Shown: piece after piece, positions 1 through 7,571 of the stretch
How positions within the stretch are numbered: position 1 is the stretch's first letter
Layout of the letters: each line of letters begins with the position of its first letter
Virus record (IMG/VR): IMGVR_UViG_3300048579_000310
Coordinates: 1-32,893 of that record
Strand: one strand, 5' to 3'
Source of the DNA: a virus
Taxonomy: Duplodnaviria > Caudoviricetes
DNA length: 32,893 bases
Program-made: the position numbers and the translations under genes
The notes under the pieces: generated by a model
Databases searched by the model: none
Told to the model about the DNA's origin: nothing
Seen by the model: only the letters and a program-made list of their open reading frames with translations

Positions 1-24
1 GGTTCCGCCTGACCCCGCTCCCCC

Positions 25-1602
25 ATGCTCAAGACCATCGCCAACATCCTGAGCCGGGCCACGCGGGGAAACACTCCCAGCGATCTCTCCCCCTCCTCCG
101 CACCCGCGCGCGGCTCGCATGGACGCGGGCCGCGTGCGGGGAGCGGAGCCCGACGCCTTGTCGTCGCCAAGTTCGACTCGGCCAAGACCACGCCGGAGAA
201 CCGCAAGCACTGGGCGAATGCGGACGGCCTCTCGCCCAACGCTGCGATCAATCCCGAAGTGCGGCGGGTCCTCCGGAATCGCGCCCGCTACGAGGTCGCT
301 AACAACTCCTACGCCAAGGGCATCGTCCTCACGCTCGCCAACGACACCATCGGCACCGGTCCCCGGCTGCAAATGCTGTCTGGCGACGCCGACGCCAACG
401 CCCGCATCGAGGACGCGTTCGAACAGTGGTCGCGGGCCGTCGATCTGCCCGGAAAGCTCCGCACCATGCGGATGGCTCGTGCCGAGACCGGTGAGGCATT
501 CGCGCTGCTGGTGAACAACCCCGGCGTGGCATCGCCCGTGTCGCTGGATCTCAAGCTCATCGAGGCCGACCAGGTCTGTACGCCGCTGCTCCAGCGTGGC
601 CGCTCCGATGAGATCGACGGCATCCTCCTGGACCAGTGGGGCAACCCTTCGGCCTATCGAGTGCTCAAACGCCACCCCGGCGACAGCAGTTTCCTCCGCG
701 CCTTGAGCGCTCCGATCGACGACCTGTTCGCCTACGACACGCTCCCCGCCGCTTCGGTCGTGCACTACTTCCGCGCCGATCGACCGGGCCAACTCCGCGG
801 CATCCCCGACATCACGCCGGCGCTCCCGCTGTTTGCGCAGCTCCGCCGGTACACGCTCGCGACCATCGCGGCCGCCGAGACCGCCGCCAACTTCGCCGCC
901 GTCATCTACACCGACAGCCCCGCCAACGGCGAGGCCGATCCGCTCGAGCCGATGGACGAGGTGGAACTCGAGCAGCGTCTCGCCACGGTACTCCCCGGCG
1001 GCTGGAAGCTTGGGCAGGTCCACGCGGAGCAGCCGACGACCACGTTCGGCGAGTTCAAGCGCGAGGTTCTCAACGAGATCGCCCGCTGCCTGAACATGCC
1101 GTTCAACGTCGCGGCGGGCAACTCGTCGGGGTACAACTACGCCAGCGGCCGCCTGGACCATCAGGTGTATTTCAAGAGCATCCGCGTCGAGCAGCACCAC
1201 CTGCAGCTCGCGGTGCTCGACCGCATCCTCAAGGCGTGGCTCAATGAGGCGGTGCTGGTCGAGGGGCTGCTCCCGCAGTCACTCCGCACGATCGCTCGCA
1301 CGCTCCCGGAGCACGCGTGGTTCTGGGATGGTGTCGAGCACGTCGATCCCGCCAAAGAAGCGAACGCCCAGGCCACTCGCCTGGCCAACCACACGACCAC
1401 TCTCGCGGTCGAGTTCGCCCGGCAAGGCCGCGACTGGGAGCAGGAACTCCGCCAGCGCGCCAAAGAGCTCACGCTCATGAACGCACTCGGACTCGCGCTC
1501 GCTACCGCGCCGGCTGCCGCTCCGGCAGCGACTGCGCCCGCAGAGGACCCCGATCCCGCAGACCAAGTAGATGAGGAGACCGCCAGTGCCAGTCACCGCT
1601 GA
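25..1602 (+). CDS. Phage portal protein, lambda family
   Basis: 525 aa with lambda-portal-like motifs: LRNRARYEVANNSYAKG, RPGQLRGIP, GYNYASGRLD, WDGVEHVDPAKEA. Lies directly upstream of the capsid gene. Confidence 0.93.
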   Translation: MLKTIANILSRATRGNTPSDLSPSSAPARGSHGRGPRAGSGARRLVVAKFDSAKTTPENRKHWANADGLSPNAAINPEVRRVLRNRARYEVANNSYAKGIVLTLANDTIGTGPRLQMLSGDADANARIEDAFEQWSRAVDLPGKLRTMRMARAETGEAFALLVNNPGVASPVSLDLKLIEADQVCTPLLQRGRSDEIDGILLDQWGNPSAYRVLKRHPGDSSFLRALSAPIDDLFAYDTLPAASVVHYFRADRPGQLRGIPDITPALPLFAQLRRYTLATIAAAETAANFAAVIYTDSPANGEADPLEPMDEVELEQRLATVLPGGWKLGQVHAEQPTTTFGEFKREVLNEIARCLNMPFNVAAGNSSGYNYASGRLDHQVYFKSIRVEQHHLQLAVLDRILKAWLNEAVLVEGLLPQSLRTIARTLPEHAWFWDGVEHVDPAKEANAQATRLANHTTTLAVEFARQGRDWEQELRQRAKELTLMNALGLALATAPAAAPAATAPAEDPDPADQVDEETASASHR

Positions 1603-3520
1603 ATCCGCCAAGATCCTGCCCGCGCTCACGCTGACCGCGACAGCCGACATCTCGTTCACCGCTGCTGCAGAGGGTCAGAGTGCGCCGCTGCCCCGTTTCA
1701 AGATGGTCGCGTACACGGGTGGCGCGATGCGCGTCGCGGGCTGGCGGCACCCGGTCGTGATCGACCTCGCCGGCCTGGCCGTCCCGTCGCAGGCACGCCC
1801 AATCCGCTTCGGGCACGACCCGCTCTCGGGCGTCGGCCACACCGATGCGATCCGCGTCGAAGCCGGTCAACTCGTCGCCACGGGTGTGATCTCGCGTGAC
1901 ACGAGCGCCGCCAAGGAAGTCGTCGCGTCCTCTCGGAACGGCTTCCCCTGGCAAGCCTCCGTCGGCGCGAGCGTCGAGGAGTTTGAGTTCATCAAGGACA
2001 ACCAGAAGGCGACGGTCAACGGCCAGGAACTCACCGGCCCCGTCAACGTCGTCCGCAAGGCCACGCTCGGCGAGATCAGTTTCGTGGATCTCGGCGCAGA
2101 CGGCCGCACCAGCGCGAGCATCGCCGCGCGTCAGAACAAGGAGCCCAGCGTCATGGCCGACGAGTCCAATCCCACCGCGTCCCCCGTCACCGCCACCGAG
2201 CCCACCGCCGAGCAGATCCGCGCCGCGGCGCTCGCCGAGACGGCCCGCATCACCGCGATCCGCAAGGTCTGCGCTGGAAAGTACAGCGAGATCGAGGCCC
2301 AGGCCATCCGCGACAACTGGGACGCCACCCGCACCGAGCTCGAGGTGCTCCGCGCGAGCCGCCCAAAGATCCCGTTCGTCCAAGCTTCGGACACGAGCGT
2401 GACCACCGAGGTGCTGGAGGCCGCGTGCTTCCAGAGCGCCAAGCTCGAAGGCATCGAGAAGGTCTGCTCGGATCAGGCGATGGACATCGCTGCCAAGCGG
2501 TTCAAGGGCGGGCTGGGCCTGCAGGAGCTCCTGTTCGAGGCCGCCATCGCCAACGGCTACACCGGCCGCACGTTCCGCGACAGCCGCCGCGTTCTTGAGG
2601 CCGCGTTCGGTCGCGGCATCGAGGCGGGCATGACCACGATCGACGTTGGCGGCATCCTTTCCAACGTCGCCAACAAGTTCCTGCTCGAGGGATTCTTCTC
2701 TGTCGAGCGCGTGTGGCGGAACATCTGCGCCGTCCGCAACGTGAACGACTTCAAGACGGTCACGAGCTACCGGCTCATCGGCAAGGACCAGTACGAGGAG
2801 ATCGGCGCGGGCGGCGAGATCAAGCACGGCACGCTCGGCGAGGAGACCTACACCAACAAGGCCAGCACCTACGCCCTGATGCTGTCGATCGATCGCCGCG
2901 ACATCATCAACGATGATCTCGGCGCGATCACGACCATCCCCCGGAAGCTCGGCCGCGGCTCGGGCTTGAAGATCAACGACGTCTTCTGGACGGCGTTCAT
3001 GAACAACGCGGCGTTCTTCAGCGCCGGCAACAAGAACTTCGTCACGGGCGCGGACACCGCGCTCGGCATCGACGGACTGACCAAGGGCGAGCAGGCGTTC
3101 ATGGACCTGGTGGACACCGATGGCAAGCCCACCGGCGTGATGCCGTCGATCATGCTGGTGCCCACGGCACTCTCGGCGATGGGAACGCAGCTCTACAAAA
3201 GCGTCGAGCTCCGGGACACCACCGCGAACACCAAGTTCCCGATTGCCAACCCGCACCAGGGCAAGTTCCGCATCGAGGTCAGCCGCTACCTGGCCAACGC
3301 GATCTACACCGGCAACTCGGCCAAGGCGTGGTACCTCCTGGCAGACCCCAACGATCTGCCGGTGATCGAGGTCGCGTTCCTCGATGGCAAGGAAGCCCCG
3401 ACGGTCGAGAGCTCGGAAGCCGACTTCAACATGCTCGGCATCCGGATGCGTGGGTACCACGACTTCGGCGTCAACCTGCAGGACCCACGCGGAGGCGTGA
3501 AGAGCAAGGGCGAGGTGTAA
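1586..3520 (+). CDS. Prohead protease/scaffold fused to major capsid protein (HK97-fold, Mu gpT-like C-terminal part)
   Basis: GTG at 1586 follows GAGGAG (1573-1578); the ORF track starts at 1571. N-terminal protease-like region (AYTGG, IRFGHD, FPWQASVGA, LGEISFVDLGAD). C-terminal capsid region (SIDRRDIINDDLGA, WYLLADP, IEVAFLDGKEAP, DFGVNLQDPRG). Confidence 0.9.
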   Translation: MPVTAESAKILPALTLTATADISFTAAAEGQSAPLPRFKMVAYTGGAMRVAGWRHPVVIDLAGLAVPSQARPIRFGHDPLSGVGHTDAIRVEAGQLVATGVISRDTSAAKEVVASSRNGFPWQASVGASVEEFEFIKDNQKATVNGQELTGPVNVVRKATLGEISFVDLGADGRTSASIAARQNKEPSVMADESNPTASPVTATEPTAEQIRAAALAETARITAIRKVCAGKYSEIEAQAIRDNWDATRTELEVLRASRPKIPFVQASDTSVTTEVLEAACFQSAKLEGIEKVCSDQAMDIAAKRFKGGLGLQELLFEAAIANGYTGRTFRDSRRVLEAAFGRGIEAGMTTIDVGGILSNVANKFLLEGFFSVERVWRNICAVRNVNDFKTVTSYRLIGKDQYEEIGAGGEIKHGTLGEETYTNKASTYALMLSIDRRDIINDDLGAITTIPRKLGRGSGLKINDVFWTAFMNNAAFFSAGNKNFVTGADTALGIDGLTKGEQAFMDLVDTDGKPTGVMPSIMLVPTALSAMGTQLYKSVELRDTTANTKFPIANPHQGKFRIEVSRYLANAIYTGNSAKAWYLLADPNDLPVIEVAFLDGKEAPTVESSEADFNMLGIRMRGYHDFGVNLQDPRGGVKSKGEV

Positions 3521-3544
3521 ACCGTGCCCACAGAGGTGCTCACT

Positions 3545-3580
3545 GGTGCTGGGGGGCTCGACGACGAGCTCCCCAGCATC
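3545..3580 (+). terminator. Strong 16-bp stem-loop after the capsid gene (putative terminator/attenuator or mRNA stabiliser)
   Basis: GGTGCTGGGGGGCTCG-ACGA-CGAGCTCCCCAGCATC forms 16 pairs including two G:U. No U-tract follows. Confidence 0.45.
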
Positions 3581-3649
3581 CCTGGCGGCGGAATCAATCA
3601 GCAATCGGGCATCGACTCCGATGGCCCCCCAACAGATGGAGGTTCAGGA

Positions 3650-3997
3650 ATGGCTTCAGGACCAGCAAAGTTCGTTCAGGAAGGCGGATCGATCGACTAC
3701 ACCCCCGGCGCTGACGTGCTTGTCGGCGCGGTGGTGGTGCAGGCCGACCTCATCGGTGTCACGCAGGCACCGATCAAGGGGGGCCAGTTGGGATCGCTCG
3801 CCGTTACCGGCGTCTTCGACTTCAACAAAGCGGTCGGCGCGGGCAGCGCCATCCCCGCGGGCACGCTGACGTACTGGGATGCAGCCGCCCAGAACGCCAC
3901 CAAGAACGCGGCCGCCGGCGCGAACAAGCTGATCGGTAAGGCGGTGAAGGCCACCGTCGACGCCGACACCATCGTTCGCGTGCGCCTGCAGCAATAA
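3650..3997 (+). CDS. DUF2190-like capsid cement/decoration protein
   Basis: ATG 3650 follows GGAGGT (3638-3643); the track start at 3524 runs through the hairpin region. KFVQEGGSIDYTP...LAVTGVFDF...YWDA...IGKAV is typical of the small gene after capsid genes. Confidence 0.8.
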   Translation: MASGPAKFVQEGGSIDYTPGADVLVGAVVVQADLIGVTQAPIKGGQLGSLAVTGVFDFNKAVGAGSAIPAGTLTYWDAAAQNATKNAAAGANKLIGKAVKATVDADTIVRVRLQQ

Positions 3998-4006
3998 GGA
4001 GCACCT

Positions 4007-4384
4007 GTGGGCGACCTGCTCGATCGCGGCGCGGCGTTCCTCGATGCCCAGCGTCACCAGCACCTCTCCCGCCTGGTCCGCTACCGGCGTGGCACGGACG
4101 AGAAGGAAGTCCAAGCCACCATCGGCAAGACCGAGTTCGAGCAGGCGGATGACGCGGGGCTCATTCACCGAGTGGAGTCGCGGGACTTCCTCGTGCGGAC
4201 CGGGGACCTGGATCTGGGCGCTGGCCCCATCCTCCCGCGGGCGGGCGATCAGGTGCGAGAGACGGTCGGATTGAGCGTGTTCGTGTACGAGGTCAATGCG
4301 CCCGGAGGGCAGCCGCCGTTCCGCTACAGCGACCCGTACCGCAGGGTTCTTCGGGTTCACACCAAGCACATCGCAACGGAGTAA
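4007..4384 (+). CDS. Putative head-tail joining/closure protein
   Basis: GTG after TAAGGAG; 125 aa, beta-rich (SRDFLV...PRAGDQV...RVHTK); position in the operon. Confidence 0.65.
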   Translation: MGDLLDRGAAFLDAQRHQHLSRLVRYRRGTDEKEVQATIGKTEFEQADDAGLIHRVESRDFLVRTGDLDLGAGPILPRAGDQVRETVGLSVFVYEVNAPGGQPPFRYSDPYRRVLRVHTKHIATE

Positions 4385-4386
4385 CG

Positions 4387-4680
4387 ATGGCAGACGGCAA
4401 CGGACAGAACGGCAGTGCTCGGTGGGCCGGCGTGGTCGTTACGGTCGTGCTCGCGGCGGGCGCGATGACCATCCAGTGGGGCGTGGTGACCACCAAGCTC
4501 CAGCAGGTGGAGAAGCGGCTCGACGAGTTCATCGGCGAGGCCCGCAGCATCCGCGCTCAGTACGCCGAGATGGAACGCAAGATCTGGTTCCTCGAGGGCA
4601 AGCTCTCCGGGCTCACTTCCAACTCGCCGCGCCAGAGCGTGCCGACAACGGGCTCGCCAGTCATCGGAGGTGGCCCTTGA
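4387..4680 (+). CDS. Small membrane protein (one N-terminal hydrophobic helix plus coiled coil)
   Basis: WAGVVVTVVLAAGAMTIQWGVV followed by heptad-like KLQQVEKRLDEF...MERKIWFLEGKL. Confidence 0.65.
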   Translation: MADGNGQNGSARWAGVVVTVVLAAGAMTIQWGVVTTKLQQVEKRLDEFIGEARSIRAQYAEMERKIWFLEGKLSGLTSNSPRQSVPTTGSPVIGGGP

Positions 4681-5108
4681 GCACCATCACCGCCATTGCC
4701 GACGCCGTCGCGGCGCACATCAACGCCGGCACCTTCTCGCAGCCGCTCACGGCCGTGCGGATGTTCCAGCCCGCGTTCACGCTGGAGGACCTCAAAGACC
4801 TGCGGGTCTCGGTGGTTCCCCGCACGCTGCAGATGTCGCCGGTCACGCGGGACAGCCTGGCCATCGAGTACGTCGTGGATGTGGGCGTGCAGAAGAAGCT
4901 CCCCGCCGAAGGGGTGGACGCGGCGATCGATGAACTGCTCGTGCTGGTCGAGGCGATCGCGGATCACCTGCGTTTCAAACGGCTGGAGGGCTTCCCCGAC
5001 GCGGCGTGGGTCGGGATCAGCAACGAGCCGGTGGTGTCGAGCGAGGCGCTCGAACAGCACCGGGTGTTCACGAGTGTCCTGAGTGTGACATACCGCGAGC
5101 GGAGGTAG
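4677..5108 (+). CDS. Putative tail terminator/completion protein
   Basis: TTG at 4677 overlaps the upstream stop (TTGA) and follows GGAGG at 4666-4670. It is the in-frame 3' part of track ORF 4296..5108; ~143 aa, upstream of the tail tube gene. Confidence 0.65.
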   Translation: MSTITAIADAVAAHINAGTFSQPLTAVRMFQPAFTLEDLKDLRVSVVPRTLQMSPVTRDSLAIEYVVDVGVQKKLPAEGVDAAIDELLVLVEAIADHLRFKRLEGFPDAAWVGISNEPVVSSEALEQHRVFTSVLSVTYRERR

Positions 5109-5111
5109 TGC

Positions 5112-5369
5112 GTGAGGAATGCCATCATCTTCAAAGTCGATCTGGACGGAGGCGACAAGCCGCTTTCGGCGACGAAGCTCGTGGCGACGTTCACGCTCAC
5201 GGCATCGCACAAGAACACGCAGGACCTGCTGTTGTCTGACGGCAAGACGGATCCGATCGATGTCGCGCCGGGCACGCAGTACCACTTCGAACGGGTCAAC
5301 CTGGCGGACATTCTGGTCAAGAGCAAGGGCGGCGAGACGGTCTACGTGGTCGGCCACAGCGCCGAGTGA
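5112..5369 (+). CDS. Hypothetical small phage structural protein
   Basis: GTG after GGAGG (5101-5105); 85 aa, beta-rich; fills the gap between flanking genes. Confidence 0.65.
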   Translation: MRNAIIFKVDLDGGDKPLSATKLVATFTLTASHKNTQDLLLSDGKTDPIDVAPGTQYHFERVNLADILVKSKGGETVYVVGHSAE

Positions 5370-5381
5370 AAGGAGTCAGCG

Positions 5382-5810
5382 ATGGCAATCAAGCTCGGCA
5401 TGGAAGCCGCCCTCAAGTACAAGACGGGCGGTCAGGCAGGCGCAGGCGCGTGGACGGCGCTCGGCAACACGCGCGACGTGACGCTGAACCTCGAGGCGGG
5501 CGAGGCGGATGTGACCACGCGAGCCAACAGCGGCTGGCGGGCAACGGTGGCCACGCTCAAGGAAGCGAGTGTTGAGTTCGAGATGGTCTGGGACACCGGC
5601 GACGCCGGGTTCACGGCCATCAAGAACGCGTTCTTCAACAACGACCCCATCGGTCTGCAGATCCTCGACGCGGCCGCGGGCCAGGGGCTCCAGGCGGACT
5701 TCTCGATCACCAACTTCAGCCGCAGCGAAGCCCTCGAAGAGGCCATCACCGTGTCGGTGACCGCCAAGGTCACGTACTCGGCGACGGCGCCTTCATGGAT
5801 CGGTTCATAA
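5382..5810 (+). CDS. Major tail tube protein
   Basis: AAGGAG RBS; 142 aa with RDVTLNLEAGEADVTTR...GWRATVATLKEASVEFEM...FSITNFSRSE, resembling siphophage tail tube proteins. Confidence 0.8.
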   Translation: MAIKLGMEAALKYKTGGQAGAGAWTALGNTRDVTLNLEAGEADVTTRANSGWRATVATLKEASVEFEMVWDTGDAGFTAIKNAFFNNDPIGLQILDAAAGQGLQADFSITNFSRSEALEEAITVSVTAKVTYSATAPSWIGS

Positions 5811-5839
5811 ACCCGGCGGTGGAGTCGGTGCCACAGGTT

Positions 5840-5877
5840 TTCAACGGCTGTTCAACCGCTGTGCAACCGGCACAGCG
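5840..5877 (+). repeat. Three imperfect 11-bp tandem repeats overlapping a perfect 8-bp hairpin
   Basis: TTCAACGGCTG / TTCAACCGCTG / TGCAACCGGCA (5840-5872). Hairpin CGCTGTGC-AACCG-GCACAGCG (5857-5877) lies just before the RBS of the next gene. Confidence 0.6.
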
Positions 5878-5894
5878 TCTCAATGGAGGCACGG

Positions 5895-6392
5895 ATGCGG
5901 CAGTTCAAGGACAACGCGGGTCGGATCTGGACGGTGGACATCAACGTCGCCACGCTCAAACGCGTGCGCGGGTTCACGGGCGTCGACCTCATGCAGGTCA
6001 TCGAGGGGACGCTCATCGAGAAGCTCATCCGCGACCCCGTGCTCCTGTGCGACGTGGTCTACGCGGTCTGCAAGCCCGAGGCGGACTCGGCCAAGGTCTC
6101 CGACGAGGAGTTCGGGAAAGCGATGGCGGGCGACGCGATCGAGGCCGCGACGGGCGTGGTGCTGGATGAACTCATCAGTTTCTGCCCGAGCCCGAGGGAC
6201 CGGGCCAACCTCGGGCGGGTGCTCCAGGCCACCAACCGCGTGATGGAGAAGGCCCGCGACGTGACGGAGAAGCGGATCGAGACGCTGACCAGCGAGGGCG
6301 AGCTGGACAAGCTCGTGAACCGACTGCTGGAGACGTCTGGAAGTTCATCTACCAGTGCGCCGGAGCTCTCGGCCTCGACCCCGGGCCCCTGA
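5895..6392 (+). CDS. Tail assembly chaperone (gpG-like)
   Basis: ATG 5895 after GGAGG (5885-5889); helical, acidic 165-aa protein between tail tube and tape measure. Confidence 0.7.
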   Translation: MRQFKDNAGRIWTVDINVATLKRVRGFTGVDLMQVIEGTLIEKLIRDPVLLCDVVYAVCKPEADSAKVSDEEFGKAMAGDAIEAATGVVLDELISFCPSPRDRANLGRVLQATNRVMEKARDVTEKRIETLTSEGELDKLVNRLLETSGSSSTSAPELSASTPGP

Positions 6393-6403
6393 CGCTGCGG
6401 GAG

Positions 6404-6634
6404 ATGGTCGCCATGCTCGACGGCCGCCAGCGCCACGACTGGTCAATCGCTGCCGCCGTCATGTCCGTGGTGGCCAACACCGCCCGCGACTCCAAGCGAT
6501 CCCGCCTGCTCAAACCCGCCGACTTCGACCCGTTCCACAAGCCATCCCGGCCCGTCAAGGTTGACGTGTCGGTCCTTAAAGACGTGTTCATCGACCGCCG
6601 CATGCCGGAGGTCGCCAAGGAGACTCGTGCATGA
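6404..6634 (+). CDS. Tail assembly chaperone second part (gpT-like), probably expressed by -1 frameshift
   Basis: In the -1 frame relative to the upstream chaperone. This frame is open from 6170 and reads VWKFIYQCAGALGLDPGPLTLREMVAM from 6335, which looks protein-like. Confidence 0.6.
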   Translation: MVAMLDGRQRHDWSIAAAVMSVVANTARDSKRSRLLKPADFDPFHKPSRPVKVDVSVLKDVFIDRRMPEVAKETRA

Positions 6635-7131
6635 AGAGCATGACCACCCGCCATTACGTCTATCTCGGTGCCCTGATCCTGCTGGCGCTCGTGCTCGCGT
6701 CGTGCGCCGGCCTGGACCTTGGCGACATCGTCAAGGTCAAGACGCCCAACACCATCCAGCAGACCACCGGCCTGCCGTCGACGCTGAGCCTCAACGAGGC
6801 CGAGGTCGAGTACCAGAACTGGTTCAACCTCACGCAGACGACCGGCGCGCAGTGGAAGGGCAACATCGAAAAGGCCGGTGAGATCCGCGGGCTGCTGGGC
6901 CAACTCACGCTCTCGGCTCTCGACACCGTCGGCCCGACCGTCGCGGGGCTGCCCGTGCTCGGGCCGGCGCTGCCCGCGCTCACCGGCATCGTCGGACTGT
7001 TCATCGGGTCGGGCCGTCTCCGCAAGGAGAAGGAGGCGTCGTTCAACAAGGGCCTGGAGAAGGGCAGCGGCCTCGCTGGCACCGGCGGCGGGAATGGCGG
7101 TCCGGTTGGGGGGGCGGGGAGTGGTGCGTGA
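6631..7131 (+). CDS. Predicted lipoprotein with a C-terminal hydrophobic segment
   Basis: ATGA overlap. Signal peptide with lipobox L-A-S-C (Cys25); C-terminal hydrophobic stretch VAGLPVLGPALPALTGIVGLFIG followed by RLRKEK. Confidence 0.7.
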   Translation: MKSMTTRHYVYLGALILLALVLASCAGLDLGDIVKVKTPNTIQQTTGLPSTLSLNEAEVEYQNWFNLTQTTGAQWKGNIEKAGEIRGLLGQLTLSALDTVGPTVAGLPVLGPALPALTGIVGLFIGSGRLRKEKEASFNKGLEKGSGLAGTGGGNGGPVGGAGSGA

Positions 7132-7565
7132 TCACCATGCGGATCAAAGACATGTTCTTCGACCGCCACGTCGTCATGGCGGCGGTCGACAACGCCAAGC
7201 GGAAGGTGCTCAGCAAGGCCGGCGCGTTCATCCGCACGGCGGCCAAGACGAGCATCCGCAAACGCAAGGGCTCGGCTCCGCCAGGGGCCCCGCCCTATTC
7301 GCACGAGGGCAGCCTGCGTCGGCTGATCCTGTTCGGGTACGACAAGCCCAACGACTCGGTCGTCGTTGGGCCGGTGGGATTCAAGAAGAGCGAGGCACCG
7401 AGCGCTTTGGAGCATGGCGGCGAAGTCATCGTGCTTCGTAGACGCGGCGGCAAGCTTACATCGCAGAAGGTCAAGATCGCGCCGCGGCCGTACATGGCCC
7501 CGGCGCTGGAGAAGGAGCGGCCAAACCTGCCGCTGTTGTGGCGGAACTCGATCAAGAAAGGGTGA
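7128..7565 (+). CDS. HK97 gp10-like tail/neck protein
   Basis: Basic 145-aa protein with ALEHGG...RPYMAPALEK, resembling the gp10-family motif; GTGA overlap. Confidence 0.65.
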   Translation: MITMRIKDMFFDRHVVMAAVDNAKRKVLSKAGAFIRTAAKTSIRKRKGSAPPGAPPYSHEGSLRRLILFGYDKPNDSVVVGPVGFKKSEAPSALEHGGEVIVLRRRGGKLTSQKVKIAPRPYMAPALEKERPNLPLLWRNSIKKG

Positions 7566-7571
7566 TTGAAC

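Noticed and set aside
1-12. GGT TCC GCC TGA as the 3' end of an upstream small head gene
   Set aside because: Only three codons and a stop are visible; cannot be supported from this window.
1502-3604. 700-aa minus-strand ORF (likewise 6660..7904, 7923..9578, 13939..15009, 15006..16139)
   Set aside because: Antisense shadows of well-supported + strand genes, expected in high-GC DNA; no recognisable motifs.
6114-6120. GGGAAAG, identical to the lambda G-T slippery heptamer, inside the tail chaperone gene
   Set aside because: It is read GGG AAA G here, the wrong phase for -1 slippage, and the -1 frame hits TGA at 6167-6169, so it cannot produce the GT fusion.
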